64,000 bases of DNA. Origin: a virus. The notes beneath the pieces are model-generated. The model was not told the DNA's origin. It did no database searches and saw nothing but the letters and a program-made list of their open reading frames with translations. Where the stretch lies: the IMG/VR virus record IMGVR_UViG_3300020176_000013, positions 6,837 to 70,836 of that record. The stretch is one strand, 5' to 3'. Shown piece by piece: positions 38,790-47,711 of the stretch; within the stretch, counting starts at the first letter, position 1, and each line of letters opens with the position of its first letter. A program made the position numbers and the translations under genes.

Positions 38790-41700
38790 ATGGCGGCTGT
38801 AACTCTTAAGGACTTAATGAGCCCTCTATCAAAAATAGAGGCTTATGCAAATGAAACTAATGAAAGCATCAAAAAAATTGAAGAATTCATTGTTCAAGGG
38901 ATGGGCAATTCCAGTAATGGTGGCGATGCGCTCAGTGCACAAATCTTAGCTACATCCCAGCAACAATTAGTTAGCTTAAGAAATATTGAATTTATTTTAG
39001 GGCGGCAATTAGAAGTACAAGCACAGGAAGCTGAGCAGAGTAAATCATTCGCCTTCGCCAGACTTAGACAAAATGCAGTCGATAGAATTTTCGGTAATAA
39101 AGATTCCAAGAATTTAGAATTAATTGCAAAAGCCTCTACATCCAAAAGCAGTGGAACAGATAAAGGTGCTGGAAAGATCAAAGGTAGTGGTGCACAAGCA
39201 TTAAAAGATTTAGGAATGGGTGCTTTACTTACAGGTAAAGCTATGTTACTTTGGACTATTGTACCAAAAAAGGCAGTAGATAAATTCCTTGATTTTGTAG
39301 TCAAATCATTTGAAAAATTTGAACAGTTTGATGTTAAGAAGGTGCAAAAAGGAATTGATGCTTTAGACTCTATGGGTGGTGCTATAATGAAATTTGCAAC
39401 AGCTCTTGCATTATCAACTCCTCTTATCCTAGTAGGACTTATTGGTCTTCCAATACTTATACCAACGCTTTTCATTATGGGAGGTGTATTTTATTTGTTA
39501 GGTGGCAAAAAGTTTAGTAAAAGAATTAAGAGAGGGTCACGGGCTCTTACTGTGATGGCTGAAGGACTATTGGCATTTGGTATTGGTTTAGCAGTAGCAG
39601 CTTTAGCTTCTATGATTGTTCTTATGCAGCCTGCAGTCTTAATTGGAATGACATTATCTATCCTACTTATAGGTGGGGCTGTATCATTATTAGGAAGTAA
39701 GAAGATGTCAAAGAATATTAAAAGAGGAGCTGGGACATTAAGTATAATAGGATTAGGTCTTGTTGTATTTGGATTAGGTTATGCTCTATTTGCAGCAGCC
39801 TTCCCATCAACTGTTGGTATTGGTGATATACTCATTCAAAGTATTACTATACTAGGAATTGGAACTGCCATCGCATTAGTTGGTAAATTTGGCGTAAATA
39901 ATATTTTACAAGGTGCATTGTCGCTAGCAGTAAATGGTATTGGATTACTCGTGTTTAATATGGGTTATGTTCCTTTTGCTGATGCTACTAAAGGGATGTC
40001 ATTAGGAGACATTGGAATACAAAGTGGAGTCCTATTGGCAGTAGGTGGTATAATGGCATTAGCTGGGTTGGCAGTTGCAGGATCGGCAGGAGCCGTATTG
40101 TTAGGCCCTGCTCTTTATGCTGCTGCTGGTGGATCTTTACTTTTGTTAGCACCAGGTCTTCAGGCCATGAAAGATTTAGATTTTTCAGAACAAGATTCTA
40201 AAGATCTTGCTACTACATTAGGAGCCGTTGCAATGGCATTCTCTGGAATAAATCCTGAAAGTGGCGTGTTTGGTATGATAGGTGGATTATTTACCAGGGT
40301 TATTCAGAGTGGATCTGGTCTTGCGGCATCCGCTATGTATGCAGGTGCCGGGTTGGCTTTACAGGAATTGTCTAAAGGCTTATCTGCATTTAAGGACGTA
40401 GGATTTACTGAAGATGATTCAAAAGAACTCGCAATAGCTTTAGGATCTGTTAGTGGAGCATTCGCTCAGGCTGGTGGAGAACCTGCAAGCCCTGGTGGTT
40501 TATTTGGTGCAATATTCGGAAACACGTTCAGTCCTAATGCAACCGAAAGAGGTATCGATTCTGTTATGGATTCCGGCAAAGCTCTTATGGAAATTACAAA
40601 AGGTTTAGGTGCATTCTTAGATCTTAAAAAGAAATACGGATTAGATGGTGATGCATTTAAAGACGGTGGGTATCTTAATACTGCAATAACCGAAACATTA
40701 GGTTTCTTAAATTCTGCTTTTGCTGCAATTGGTGCTAATGAGACTTCAGACTCTGCCATGTTTGGTTTATTTCAATGGGATGAAAATAATGTAGAGAAAG
40801 GTATTGATGCAGTTAAAGGATCAGGTAAAGCACTTAAAGATATTACTGAAGGTTTAGCAGGATTCCTTGATCTTAGAAAAAAGTATGGACTTACAGAGGA
40901 GGCTTTTAAGAGTGATGGATTTTTAGCCATAGCAATTAAAGATTCATTAGGATTCGTTAGTAAAGCATTTGCTACAATTGGTGGTATGGAAGTTCAAGAT
41001 GGTTGGGGTCCGTTTAGCTGGGATGAGAACCTTGTTGAAAAAGGTATTGATGCAGTTAAGGGCGCAGGTACTGAATTAACAAACATTGCCCAAGGGCTCA
41101 AATCATTTCAAGAATTAATTAAACAAGAGGTAGACTTTGCAGAAGACGGTGATTTAGCCAAAGCAGTAACAAATTCATTAACATTCGTAGGTGATGCATT
41201 TGCTGTAATTGGTGGTAAGGAAGAAAAGGATGGCTGGTTTATATTTAGTTGGGATGAGAACAAAATTGCAAAAGGTGTTGAAGCAGTTCAGGGTGCTGGA
41301 ACAGAACTCATGAACATTGCAACAGGATTGGAAACATTCCAAAAACTAATAGATCAAAAGGTAGATTGGGATATTTTAGGAACCGCTATATCTAAGTCAC
41401 TAACTTTTGTAGGAGATGCCTTTGCTGTGATTGGTGGTAAGGAAGTAACTGATAGTACTTTCTTTGGTCTTGTGTCATGGGATGAAAACTTAGTTCAGAA
41501 AGGTATTGAAAATGTTCAAGGTGCTGGTGAAGAACTTATGAACATCGCAGAAGGTTTATCAAAATTTGCAAGTTTGGACGATCCTGCAGCTACCGCTAAA
41601 TCTATTACAACTTTATTTAATTCTATTGCCGATGCGTTCACTGCAAATTATGAAAGAGCAGAGTTAAGATCTGAGATGGACCATTTTGGTGAATGGGTTA

Positions 41701-42095
41701 AGGATTTATCAGACGCAGTAAATGACGGTTCACTAAGTAAAGCAGGTACCGACTTAGAAAAAATTGCAAATGTAATTAATTCAGTTGATATTTACAAAGC
41801 AGATGCAATGGCAAGTCTCTTTAGTGGTGCTAGTGAACTTGGTAGAAATACACAAGCATATTCCGCGTTAGCAGATGCAGTAGAACAAATCAGAGATCTT
41901 TTAGCTGAGCAAGCAGGCGGAGGTGCTGAAGCCGAAGGTGGAACTGCTGAGGGTGGAACTACAGGTGCACAAAGTCAATCTGGTTTAAAAAGTAGCCTTG
42001 CGCGACTTAATTCAACAATGGGAAGACTCGAATCTACTATGGGTATGCTTCCTGCTTCTATACAGTCTATTAAGATTGTCATTCCTGAAGATTAA
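38790..42095 (+). CDS. Tape measure protein
   Basis: 1101 aa, Ala/Gly-rich, long hydrophobic middle, internal repeats, follows the chaperone pair. Confidence 0.75.
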   Translation: MAAVTLKDLMSPLSKIEAYANETNESIKKIEEFIVQGMGNSSNGGDALSAQILATSQQQLVSLRNIEFILGRQLEVQAQEAEQSKSFAFARLRQNAVDRIFGNKDSKNLELIAKASTSKSSGTDKGAGKIKGSGAQALKDLGMGALLTGKAMLLWTIVPKKAVDKFLDFVVKSFEKFEQFDVKKVQKGIDALDSMGGAIMKFATALALSTPLILVGLIGLPILIPTLFIMGGVFYLLGGKKFSKRIKRGSRALTVMAEGLLAFGIGLAVAALASMIVLMQPAVLIGMTLSILLIGGAVSLLGSKKMSKNIKRGAGTLSIIGLGLVVFGLGYALFAAAFPSTVGIGDILIQSITILGIGTAIALVGKFGVNNILQGALSLAVNGIGLLVFNMGYVPFADATKGMSLGDIGIQSGVLLAVGGIMALAGLAVAGSAGAVLLGPALYAAAGGSLLLLAPGLQAMKDLDFSEQDSKDLATTLGAVAMAFSGINPESGVFGMIGGLFTRVIQSGSGLAASAMYAGAGLALQELSKGLSAFKDVGFTEDDSKELAIALGSVSGAFAQAGGEPASPGGLFGAIFGNTFSPNATERGIDSVMDSGKALMEITKGLGAFLDLKKKYGLDGDAFKDGGYLNTAITETLGFLNSAFAAIGANETSDSAMFGLFQWDENNVEKGIDAVKGSGKALKDITEGLAGFLDLRKKYGLTEEAFKSDGFLAIAIKDSLGFVSKAFATIGGMEVQDGWGPFSWDENLVEKGIDAVKGAGTELTNIAQGLKSFQELIKQEVDFAEDGDLAKAVTNSLTFVGDAFAVIGGKEEKDGWFIFSWDENKIAKGVEAVQGAGTELMNIATGLETFQKLIDQKVDWDILGTAISKSLTFVGDAFAVIGGKEVTDSTFFGLVSWDENLVQKGIENVQGAGEELMNIAEGLSKFASLDDPAATAKSITTLFNSIADAFTANYERAELRSEMDHFGEWVKDLSDAVNDGSLSKAGTDLEKIANVINSVDIYKADAMASLFSGASELGRNTQAYSALADAVEQIRDLLAEQAGGGAEAEGGTAEGGTTGAQSQSGLKSSLARLNSTMGRLESTMGMLPASIQSIKIVIPED
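40480..41570 (+). repeat. About five 75-80-aa repeats in the tape measure protein
   Basis: Recurring [F/V]xWDENxxxKG[I/V]xxVxGxGxxLxxIxxGL...L[G/T]FVxxAFAxIG. Confidence 0.8.
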
Positions 42096-42172
42096 TATTT
42101 TATTTTCTTAAAACTAAGTTAACCTGTTACTATATAAAATTAACAGATAGTTCAGAAAAAAGTATAGTAATT

Positions 42173-42967
42173 ATGGATAAAAGTATTGTATGGTTTGATT
42201 TGGAAACCACAGGAGTAAACACAGCAAAGGATCGTATTATTGAGATTTGTATGATAAAGACCGATCTTGATGGAAACGAAACCGATCGCTTTTATTCTCT
42301 TGTAAATCCCGGCACAAATGTTGAGTGGAGACAAGAGGCGATTGATAAACATGGCATCACACCAGACACACTTACGGATCAACCGATGTTTGAATATATT
42401 GCTAAAGAAGTTGTAGACTTTATAAGTGATTCTGACCTTGGTGGATATAATGCACTTTACTTTGATATCCCAATGCTTACTGAAGAACTTATGAGAGCTG
42501 GTATTGTATTTAACCACCGTAACCGAGCTGTTATTGACCCTTTCCTTATTTACTCAAAGTATGAACGGAGAGATCTTAGTACAGCTTATACAAAATACAC
42601 AGGTAAGACTTTAGAAGACGCACACCGTGCAGAGAATGATATTCGCGCAACAATGGAAATCTTCCAGGCTCAACGCAAACTTTATGATATGCCACAAACA
42701 GTTGAAGAAATTGATAAAGTGGTTAATGAGTCTCGCCAGTCTCAAGTTGACCTAAGCGGTAAGTTTAAGTTTGCCGAGATTAACGGTAAGAAAGAAATTG
42801 TATTTAACTTTGGTAAGTGGAGCGGTAAACCTTTCCGTGAAGTATATGAAGCGGATTCTCGTTACATTGAATGGATGATTGATAAAGGAGAGTTCTCAAA
42901 GGAAACCAAAATCATTGCTCGTAAACTTATGGAAAAGATGAAGGCGGAGACTGAAGCCCCATTTTAA
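42173..42967 (+). CDS. DEDDh 3'-5' exonuclease (DnaQ/epsilon-like)
   Basis: FDLETTG, GYNALYFD, AHRAENDI; C-terminal FNFGKW.G domain. Confidence 0.9.
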   Translation: MDKSIVWFDLETTGVNTAKDRIIEICMIKTDLDGNETDRFYSLVNPGTNVEWRQEAIDKHGITPDTLTDQPMFEYIAKEVVDFISDSDLGGYNALYFDIPMLTEELMRAGIVFNHRNRAVIDPFLIYSKYERRDLSTAYTKYTGKTLEDAHRAENDIRATMEIFQAQRKLYDMPQTVEEIDKVVNESRQSQVDLSGKFKFAEINGKKEIVFNFGKWSGKPFREVYEADSRYIEWMIDKGEFSKETKIIARKLMEKMKAETEAPF

Positions 42968-43005
42968 ATTGTTAATAACTTTTTGAAAAAAGTCCTAGAA
43001 AAATT

Positions 43006-43036
43006 TTTATTTCCCAACAATTTGTATTATATTTAT
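43006..43036 (+). promoter_or_regulatory. Putative early (host sigma-A) promoter
   Basis: TTCCCAACAATTTGTATTATATTTA, nearly identical to the site at 52923-52947; precedes a run of small genes. Confidence 0.6.
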
Positions 43037-43052
43037 AATATACAAAACGGAA

Positions 43053-43247
43053 ATGGAAAAAGGAACTATTGTAAAGTATGATGGCGGATTCTACCGCATC
43101 ACCCGTGAAACTAAAAACACGGTCAATTTAGGTGCCGTCTTTGGTAACCAGGTTTATCACAAAGGAATTCAAAAGTCCGAAGTTACCGAGGCTCATGATG
43201 AGTGGTACCAACAATGGACTCAGTCTGAAACTTATATGTCAATGTAA
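43053..43247 (+). CDS. Small hypothetical (early) protein
   Basis: 64-aa ORF downstream of the putative early promoter. Confidence 0.65.
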   Translation: MEKGTIVKYDGGFYRITRETKNTVNLGAVFGNQVYHKGIQKSEVTEAHDEWYQQWTQSETYMSM

Positions 43248-43540
43248 TGAAAATAGATATCTCAACACTTAAGAAGATCGAAGAAAAGTTCGGTCAATTT
43301 GAAATCGGAAGAGTCTGGGGTGGCGGTAACCACAACTATCTTAGATTCGGTTATTGGAATTCAGTTAACCTTGGTGCTCTCCAGGAAATTTTAGGCCATT
43401 CAGTTGTCGTAGTCGAAGACGATGATTATGATGACGACTGCGGATGGAAATACTCTTATACACTTTATGACAAATGGGAGTGGGACCAGATCCAAGAAAG
43501 ACGAAAAGAACAAATGGAAAAGTGGAAATCTGAAAAGTAA
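43247..43540 (+). CDS. Small hypothetical protein
   Basis: TAATG coupling with the upstream gene. Confidence 0.65.
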   Translation: MKIDISTLKKIEEKFGQFEIGRVWGGGNHNYLRFGYWNSVNLGALQEILGHSVVVVEDDDYDDDCGWKYSYTLYDKWEWDQIQERRKEQMEKWKSEK

Positions 43541-43559
43541 TCTTTCAGATTTTCTTTTT
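43526..43559 (+). terminator. Possible terminator hairpin
   Basis: AAATCTGAAA...TTTCAGATTT followed by a T-rich tract. Confidence 0.45.
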
Positions 43560-43590
43560 ATGTTTTATAATTAATTTAAATAATGAACCA

Positions 43591-43887
43591 ATGAGTAAAT
43601 ATCAACAACTACTCCAAAACCCTCCGTTCATTAAGGTAAAGAAAGGTGCACGAGAGGTAATCTTCAAAACGGTAAGCTGTATGTGTGATAATGTACATTA
43701 CCTTAGGTTTAAGAAAAATGACCAAGGCGACTTCAAATTGTCCGGTGGTGGATTTGCACTTTCAAACTGGCAAATGAAACACCCTAAACATGACATTGAA
43801 TGGGTTGCGGATGAAGGTGAATGGAGACGAGTTGCAAAGATGATCAATACTGGTACCTCAAAAATTGAATCTGTAAAAAGTAGATAA
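43591..43887 (+). CDS. Hypothetical protein
   Basis: 98-aa ORF with an A-rich start region. Confidence 0.65.
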   Translation: MSKYQQLLQNPPFIKVKKGAREVIFKTVSCMCDNVHYLRFKKNDQGDFKLSGGGFALSNWQMKHPKHDIEWVADEGEWRRVAKMINTGTSKIESVKSR

Positions 43888-43888
43888 A

Positions 43889-44122
43889 ATGGCAATAACA
43901 ACTAATCCCATGCCAGGTTCTGAAATGATCCATGTTGACCTAAAAGGACCTGATGGAAATGCATTTGCATTGATTGGCTTGGCTCAAAAATTGGCTAAGC
44001 AATTACATTACCAACCTGATGAAAGAGGTGAACTTACTGCCGAGATGATGGGTGGTGATTATGATAACCTACTCGAAGTATTTGACAAACACTTCGGTGA
44101 ATTTGTAACATTACACAAATGA
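43889..44122 (+). CDS. Conserved phage hypothetical protein
   Basis: DLKGPDGNAFALIG...GDYDNLL motif recalled from other phage proteins. Confidence 0.7.
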   Translation: MAITTNPMPGSEMIHVDLKGPDGNAFALIGLAQKLAKQLHYQPDERGELTAEMMGGDYDNLLEVFDKHFGEFVTLHK

Positions 44123-44592
44123 AAAGGCTTGAAAACATAGATGCCTTTAATGGCACAAGCTTCCACGGACAGGTGGTATATGCATCAGTAAACGATCTTG
44201 TTAAAATCTGCGGTGAACCTTATCGCGGTGCTGTTGAAGATAAGGTTCAGTATGAATGGACTATGCAAACATCTAAAGGACTACCTTTTACTATCTATGA
44301 TTGGAAAGAATACCGAAACTATTCAAATGATGAAATCATAGAATGGCATATCGGCGGTCATCGCGGTATAGATGCAATTGCGGGTATGAAAGAATTGGGA
44401 GATGCATTGGAAAGTGCTATGTTTGAAGATCACTTATCTGAACAAGAACAAATTGAAGCTATCCTTGAAGAAGCTAACGGTTGGGGGTTAAGACAAGAGG
44501 TTAAAATGTCTGCTGAAAAACTTATGTGTTTGGCACCGGACATGAATCTTATTGATGCATACACTCACGGCTTTAACGAGTGGATTAAATAA
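44119..44592 (+). CDS. Conserved phage hypothetical protein
   Basis: YEW...FTIYDWKEY...EWHIGG motif; ATGA overlap. Confidence 0.7.
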   Translation: MKRLENIDAFNGTSFHGQVVYASVNDLVKICGEPYRGAVEDKVQYEWTMQTSKGLPFTIYDWKEYRNYSNDEIIEWHIGGHRGIDAIAGMKELGDALESAMFEDHLSEQEQIEAILEEANGWGLRQEVKMSAEKLMCLAPDMNLIDAYTHGFNEWIK

Positions 44593-44600
44593 AATGAACC

Positions 44601-44765
44601 ATGGCACCTAAGAAGAAAGATAAAGATAAAGAATTGGACTTCAACGGTGGATGGACTATGGGTGAAGCCGCTCATCATGTAGGAAAGAAAATGACACAGC
44701 AAACTATTCCTGACAAGAGAAAGTATAACCGTAAGAAAAAACATAAGAAAAAAGATGAAGATTAG
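44601..44765 (+). CDS. Small basic protein (54 aa, not in the ORF track)
   Basis: MAPKKKDKDKELDFNGGW...PDKRKYNRKKKHKKKDED. Confidence 0.6.
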   Translation: MAPKKKDKDKELDFNGGWTMGEAAHHVGKKMTQQTIPDKRKYNRKKKHKKKDED

Positions 44766-44904
44766 TTTAACCTCCATTTATGCACAAGTTTATGTTTTGC
44801 CTACTATTAAGTGGACATATGATAAATACTTATATGGGCATATGAATATTGAACTTTGGTGGTGGAAATGGGGAATAGAAATAGCGTATGGAATACAAGA
44901 ATAG
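44755..44904 (+). CDS. Small Trp-rich hypothetical protein (49 aa, not in the ORF track)
   Basis: MKISLTSIYAQVYVLPTIKWTYDKYLYGHMNIELWWWKWGIEI...; overlaps both neighbours. Confidence 0.55.
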   Translation: MKISLTSIYAQVYVLPTIKWTYDKYLYGHMNIELWWWKWGIEIAYGIQE

Positions 44905-45382
44905 ATACAACGACAAGTTTACATTTACCTTAGATGAGGATAAGAACATTCTATGGGAAGGTAATTTTACCTATCATCGTATAGGTTATCCTAATGTGTA
45001 TAAGGAAGCATACCAGGCATACTGTAAAGATGTAGGATCCAAAGGTGAGCACCCAATGCACATAGAATCATTTAAAGAAGCCGTCCATGAATCGGTGTAT
45101 GATGAAAATGATAGCTATGTAGGCCCTGGCCCTATTGCTGAAAAATATCAATCTTTAGTTTATTCTGATACAGATGCTATCGATATGGTTGATCCCAGTG
45201 GAGGCCCTTACATTACATTGCACCAAGACCTTTCATGGTTAGGTGAAGAGTTTAAGGATCTTTGTGTAGGCGGTTTTAAATCAATCTTAACTGGGTATAA
45301 GATTTTTACATACGGTAAATTTGATCACTTAGCTGATACTAAAATCATAGGTGGAATAATTAATACAACAGAAGAGAGATGA
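44888..45382 (+). CDS. Hypothetical protein
   Basis: YKNRYND...MVDPSGGPYI motif. Confidence 0.65.
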   Translation: MEYKNRYNDKFTFTLDEDKNILWEGNFTYHRIGYPNVYKEAYQAYCKDVGSKGEHPMHIESFKEAVHESVYDENDSYVGPGPIAEKYQSLVYSDTDAIDMVDPSGGPYITLHQDLSWLGEEFKDLCVGGFKSILTGYKIFTYGKFDHLADTKIIGGIINTTEER

Positions 45383-45510
45383 GTGATAAAAATAAAGAAA
45401 CAGAGTTGCTAAGAGCTTCGTTAATGCAGCAAGTTAGCGAACTAACTGATAATGAAATTATATCTTTATATGATAACTTATCTGAATTCTTTAAAACCAA
45501 AGAGAGATGA
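45379..45510 (+). CDS. Small hypothetical protein (43 aa)
   Basis: MSDKNKETELLRAS...FFKTKER; ATGA overlaps at both ends. Confidence 0.5.
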   Translation: MSDKNKETELLRASLMQQVSELTDNEIISLYDNLSEFFKTKER

Positions 45511-45607
45511 ATAAAGATATAATATCAACAATTCCTATTGATTTTGTAACAAATATTTACCTTTTTTGTTACAAAATCAGACTCATATTAAAACCAAAGA
45601 GAGATGA
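45491..45607. repeat. 20-bp direct repeats flanking a 15-bp inverted repeat
   Basis: TTAAAACCAAAGAGAGATGA at 45491-45510 and 45588-45607; TGATTTTGTAACAAA (45539-45553) / TTTGTTACAAAATCA (45565-45579). Confidence 0.85.
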
Positions 45608-45795
45608 GAGATGATTGGAATTGGGTAACAAAGGTAATAATGCATAAAGAAAATACTTATGCACATTACCTAGCACTTAAGAAACTTATAAAACTTTTTG
45701 AACTTAAATGGTCAGGCCATAAGAATAAAGTAGCATATGACTTATATGTTAACTATCTTAAGGCAAGACTTAAGTTAGAATTTAGAAGGGATTAA
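45604..45795 (+). CDS. Hypothetical protein
   Basis: 63-aa ORF starting inside the second direct repeat. Confidence 0.6.
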   Translation: MRDDWNWVTKVIMHKENTYAHYLALKKLIKLFELKWSGHKNKVAYDLYVNYLKARLKLEFRRD

Positions 45796-45830
45796 ACCTT
45801 TCCTAAAATTAGCAATATAAAAATAAAAGT

Positions 45831-47708
45831 ATGGCCGTAAGCATAGAAAAGAAATATCAAAAACTTACTGACACAGAACATGTACTCCTAAGACCTGGTA
45901 TGTACATCGGTTCTGTGAAGCCTCATACTGAAGAAGTTTATCTTTTAGATAGAAGAAGTTGGAAACTTATACCTAAGGAAATTACCTATAATCCTGGATT
46001 CTTAAAACTCTTTGATGAGATTGTTTCCAATTCAGTAGATGAACATAAAAGAAATCCTAAACTTAATCAAGTAAAGGTTAACATTGACGTTGATACAAAT
46101 AAAATATCAATCTGGGATAATGGTGGAATTCCTGTAGAGATTCATAAAGAGTATGATGAATGGGTTCCTGAAATGATCTTTAGTAACCTTAAGACGGGAA
46201 GTAATTTTGATGACACTGAGGAAAGAACTGTTGTAGGTACCAATGGTGTAGGTAGTACTCTTACCAATATTTTTAGTACTGAGTTTACAATTGATACTTG
46301 TGATGGAAAGAAAAGGTTTACACAAACCTTCTTTAATAACATGGCAAAGAAAACCAAACCTGCAATTAAAGCACAAAAGAAAGGCTTTACTGAAATCTCT
46401 TATATAGCAGACTTTAAACGGTTTGGTATGAAGAAGATTGATAAGCCTTCTATTCAGATGATTGAAAAAAGGCTTTATGATATTGCTGCATGTAATCCTA
46501 AGCTTAAGATCTGGCTCAACGGTGATCCTATTACATTTAAGTCATTTAAGGAATACTCTGAACTTTACACAACGCCTGTGTTTTATGAGCAGTCAGAAAA
46601 TTGGCAAATAGGTATAGGACATTCTACCTCAGGGTTTAAAGCTATCTCATTTGTAAATTCTGTTGAAACAAAGGATGGTGGAAAACATGTAGATAATATT
46701 ACATGGCAGATTACACAATTCCTTAGAGATAAGATTAAGAGAAAACATAGAGTTGATGTAAAGCCGTCTGAGTTAAAAAATCATTTGTACCTTTTCATTA
46801 ATTGTACAATCATTAATCCTGCATTCTCATCGCAAACTAAAGAAAAGCTTATTACCGAACCTAAAGACTTCGGAAGTATTCATGTACTTTCGGATAAGAC
46901 ACTAAGGCAAGTTCTTAACTCTGAAATTATTCAATCAGTATTAGATTGGATTAAACAAAAGAAAGCAGCAGAGGAAAGATCCAAACTTAGAAAACTAAAT
47001 AAAGGTTTAGATAAAAAGAAGGTAGTAAAACTTATTGATGCCAAGAAGCGAGGTGATAGGAATAACTGTACTCTTGCAATATTTGAGGGTGATTCTGCAT
47101 CTTCTGCATTTAGGCAATATCGTAATCCACAAACACAAGGGGCATTTCCTTTAAGAGGTAAATTTGTAAATGTAAGAGAATCTGTACCATCTAAAGTTGT
47201 ACAGAACAAAGAAGTACAATCTCTTATGGCTGCGCTAGGCCTTAAGATAGGCCATGAACCTAAAGACTTAAGGTACGGTAAAATACTTTTGTATACTGAT
47301 GCTGATGTTGATGGTAATTCAATTTCGGCTCTGCTTATCAATTTCTTAGGTAAGTATTGGCCAGAGTTATTTGATGAAGGTAGGGTACTTAAAGTAGAAA
47401 CACCTCTCATGGTTGCTAAGAAAGGAAAACAAACCTTAAGTTTTTATTCTGATGAGGAATATAAAAAATGGGAGTCTAAACAAAGGTCTCTTAATTCATG
47501 GAACATTGAATATAAGAAAGGGCTTGCTGCATTGGAAAATGAAGAGTATCAAGAAATCATAAGTAATCCTAAAACCTTTACTTTGGTTAAAGATAACGAT
47601 TTTGAAAATACATTGAATACATGGTTCTCTAAAGACTCAGAACCAAGAAAGAAAAAGATCTTAGGTGAGAAATTAGAATATGCACCTAATGGAAATTCAT
47701 TATTTTAA
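45831..47708 (+). CDS. Type IIA topoisomerase, ATPase+TOPRIM subunit (gp39+gp60 equivalent, unsplit)
   Basis: EHVLLRPGMYIGS, DEIVSNSVDE, GTNGVGS, FEGDSA, PLRGK, TDADVDG, YKKGL. Confidence 0.93.
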   Translation: MAVSIEKKYQKLTDTEHVLLRPGMYIGSVKPHTEEVYLLDRRSWKLIPKEITYNPGFLKLFDEIVSNSVDEHKRNPKLNQVKVNIDVDTNKISIWDNGGIPVEIHKEYDEWVPEMIFSNLKTGSNFDDTEERTVVGTNGVGSTLTNIFSTEFTIDTCDGKKRFTQTFFNNMAKKTKPAIKAQKKGFTEISYIADFKRFGMKKIDKPSIQMIEKRLYDIAACNPKLKIWLNGDPITFKSFKEYSELYTTPVFYEQSENWQIGIGHSTSGFKAISFVNSVETKDGGKHVDNITWQITQFLRDKIKRKHRVDVKPSELKNHLYLFINCTIINPAFSSQTKEKLITEPKDFGSIHVLSDKTLRQVLNSEIIQSVLDWIKQKKAAEERSKLRKLNKGLDKKKVVKLIDAKKRGDRNNCTLAIFEGDSASSAFRQYRNPQTQGAFPLRGKFVNVRESVPSKVVQNKEVQSLMAALGLKIGHEPKDLRYGKILLYTDADVDGNSISALLINFLGKYWPELFDEGRVLKVETPLMVAKKGKQTLSFYSDEEYKKWESKQRSLNSWNIEYKKGLAALENEEYQEIISNPKTFTLVKDNDFENTLNTWFSKDSEPRKKKILGEKLEYAPNGNSLF

Positions 47709-47711
47709 ATT

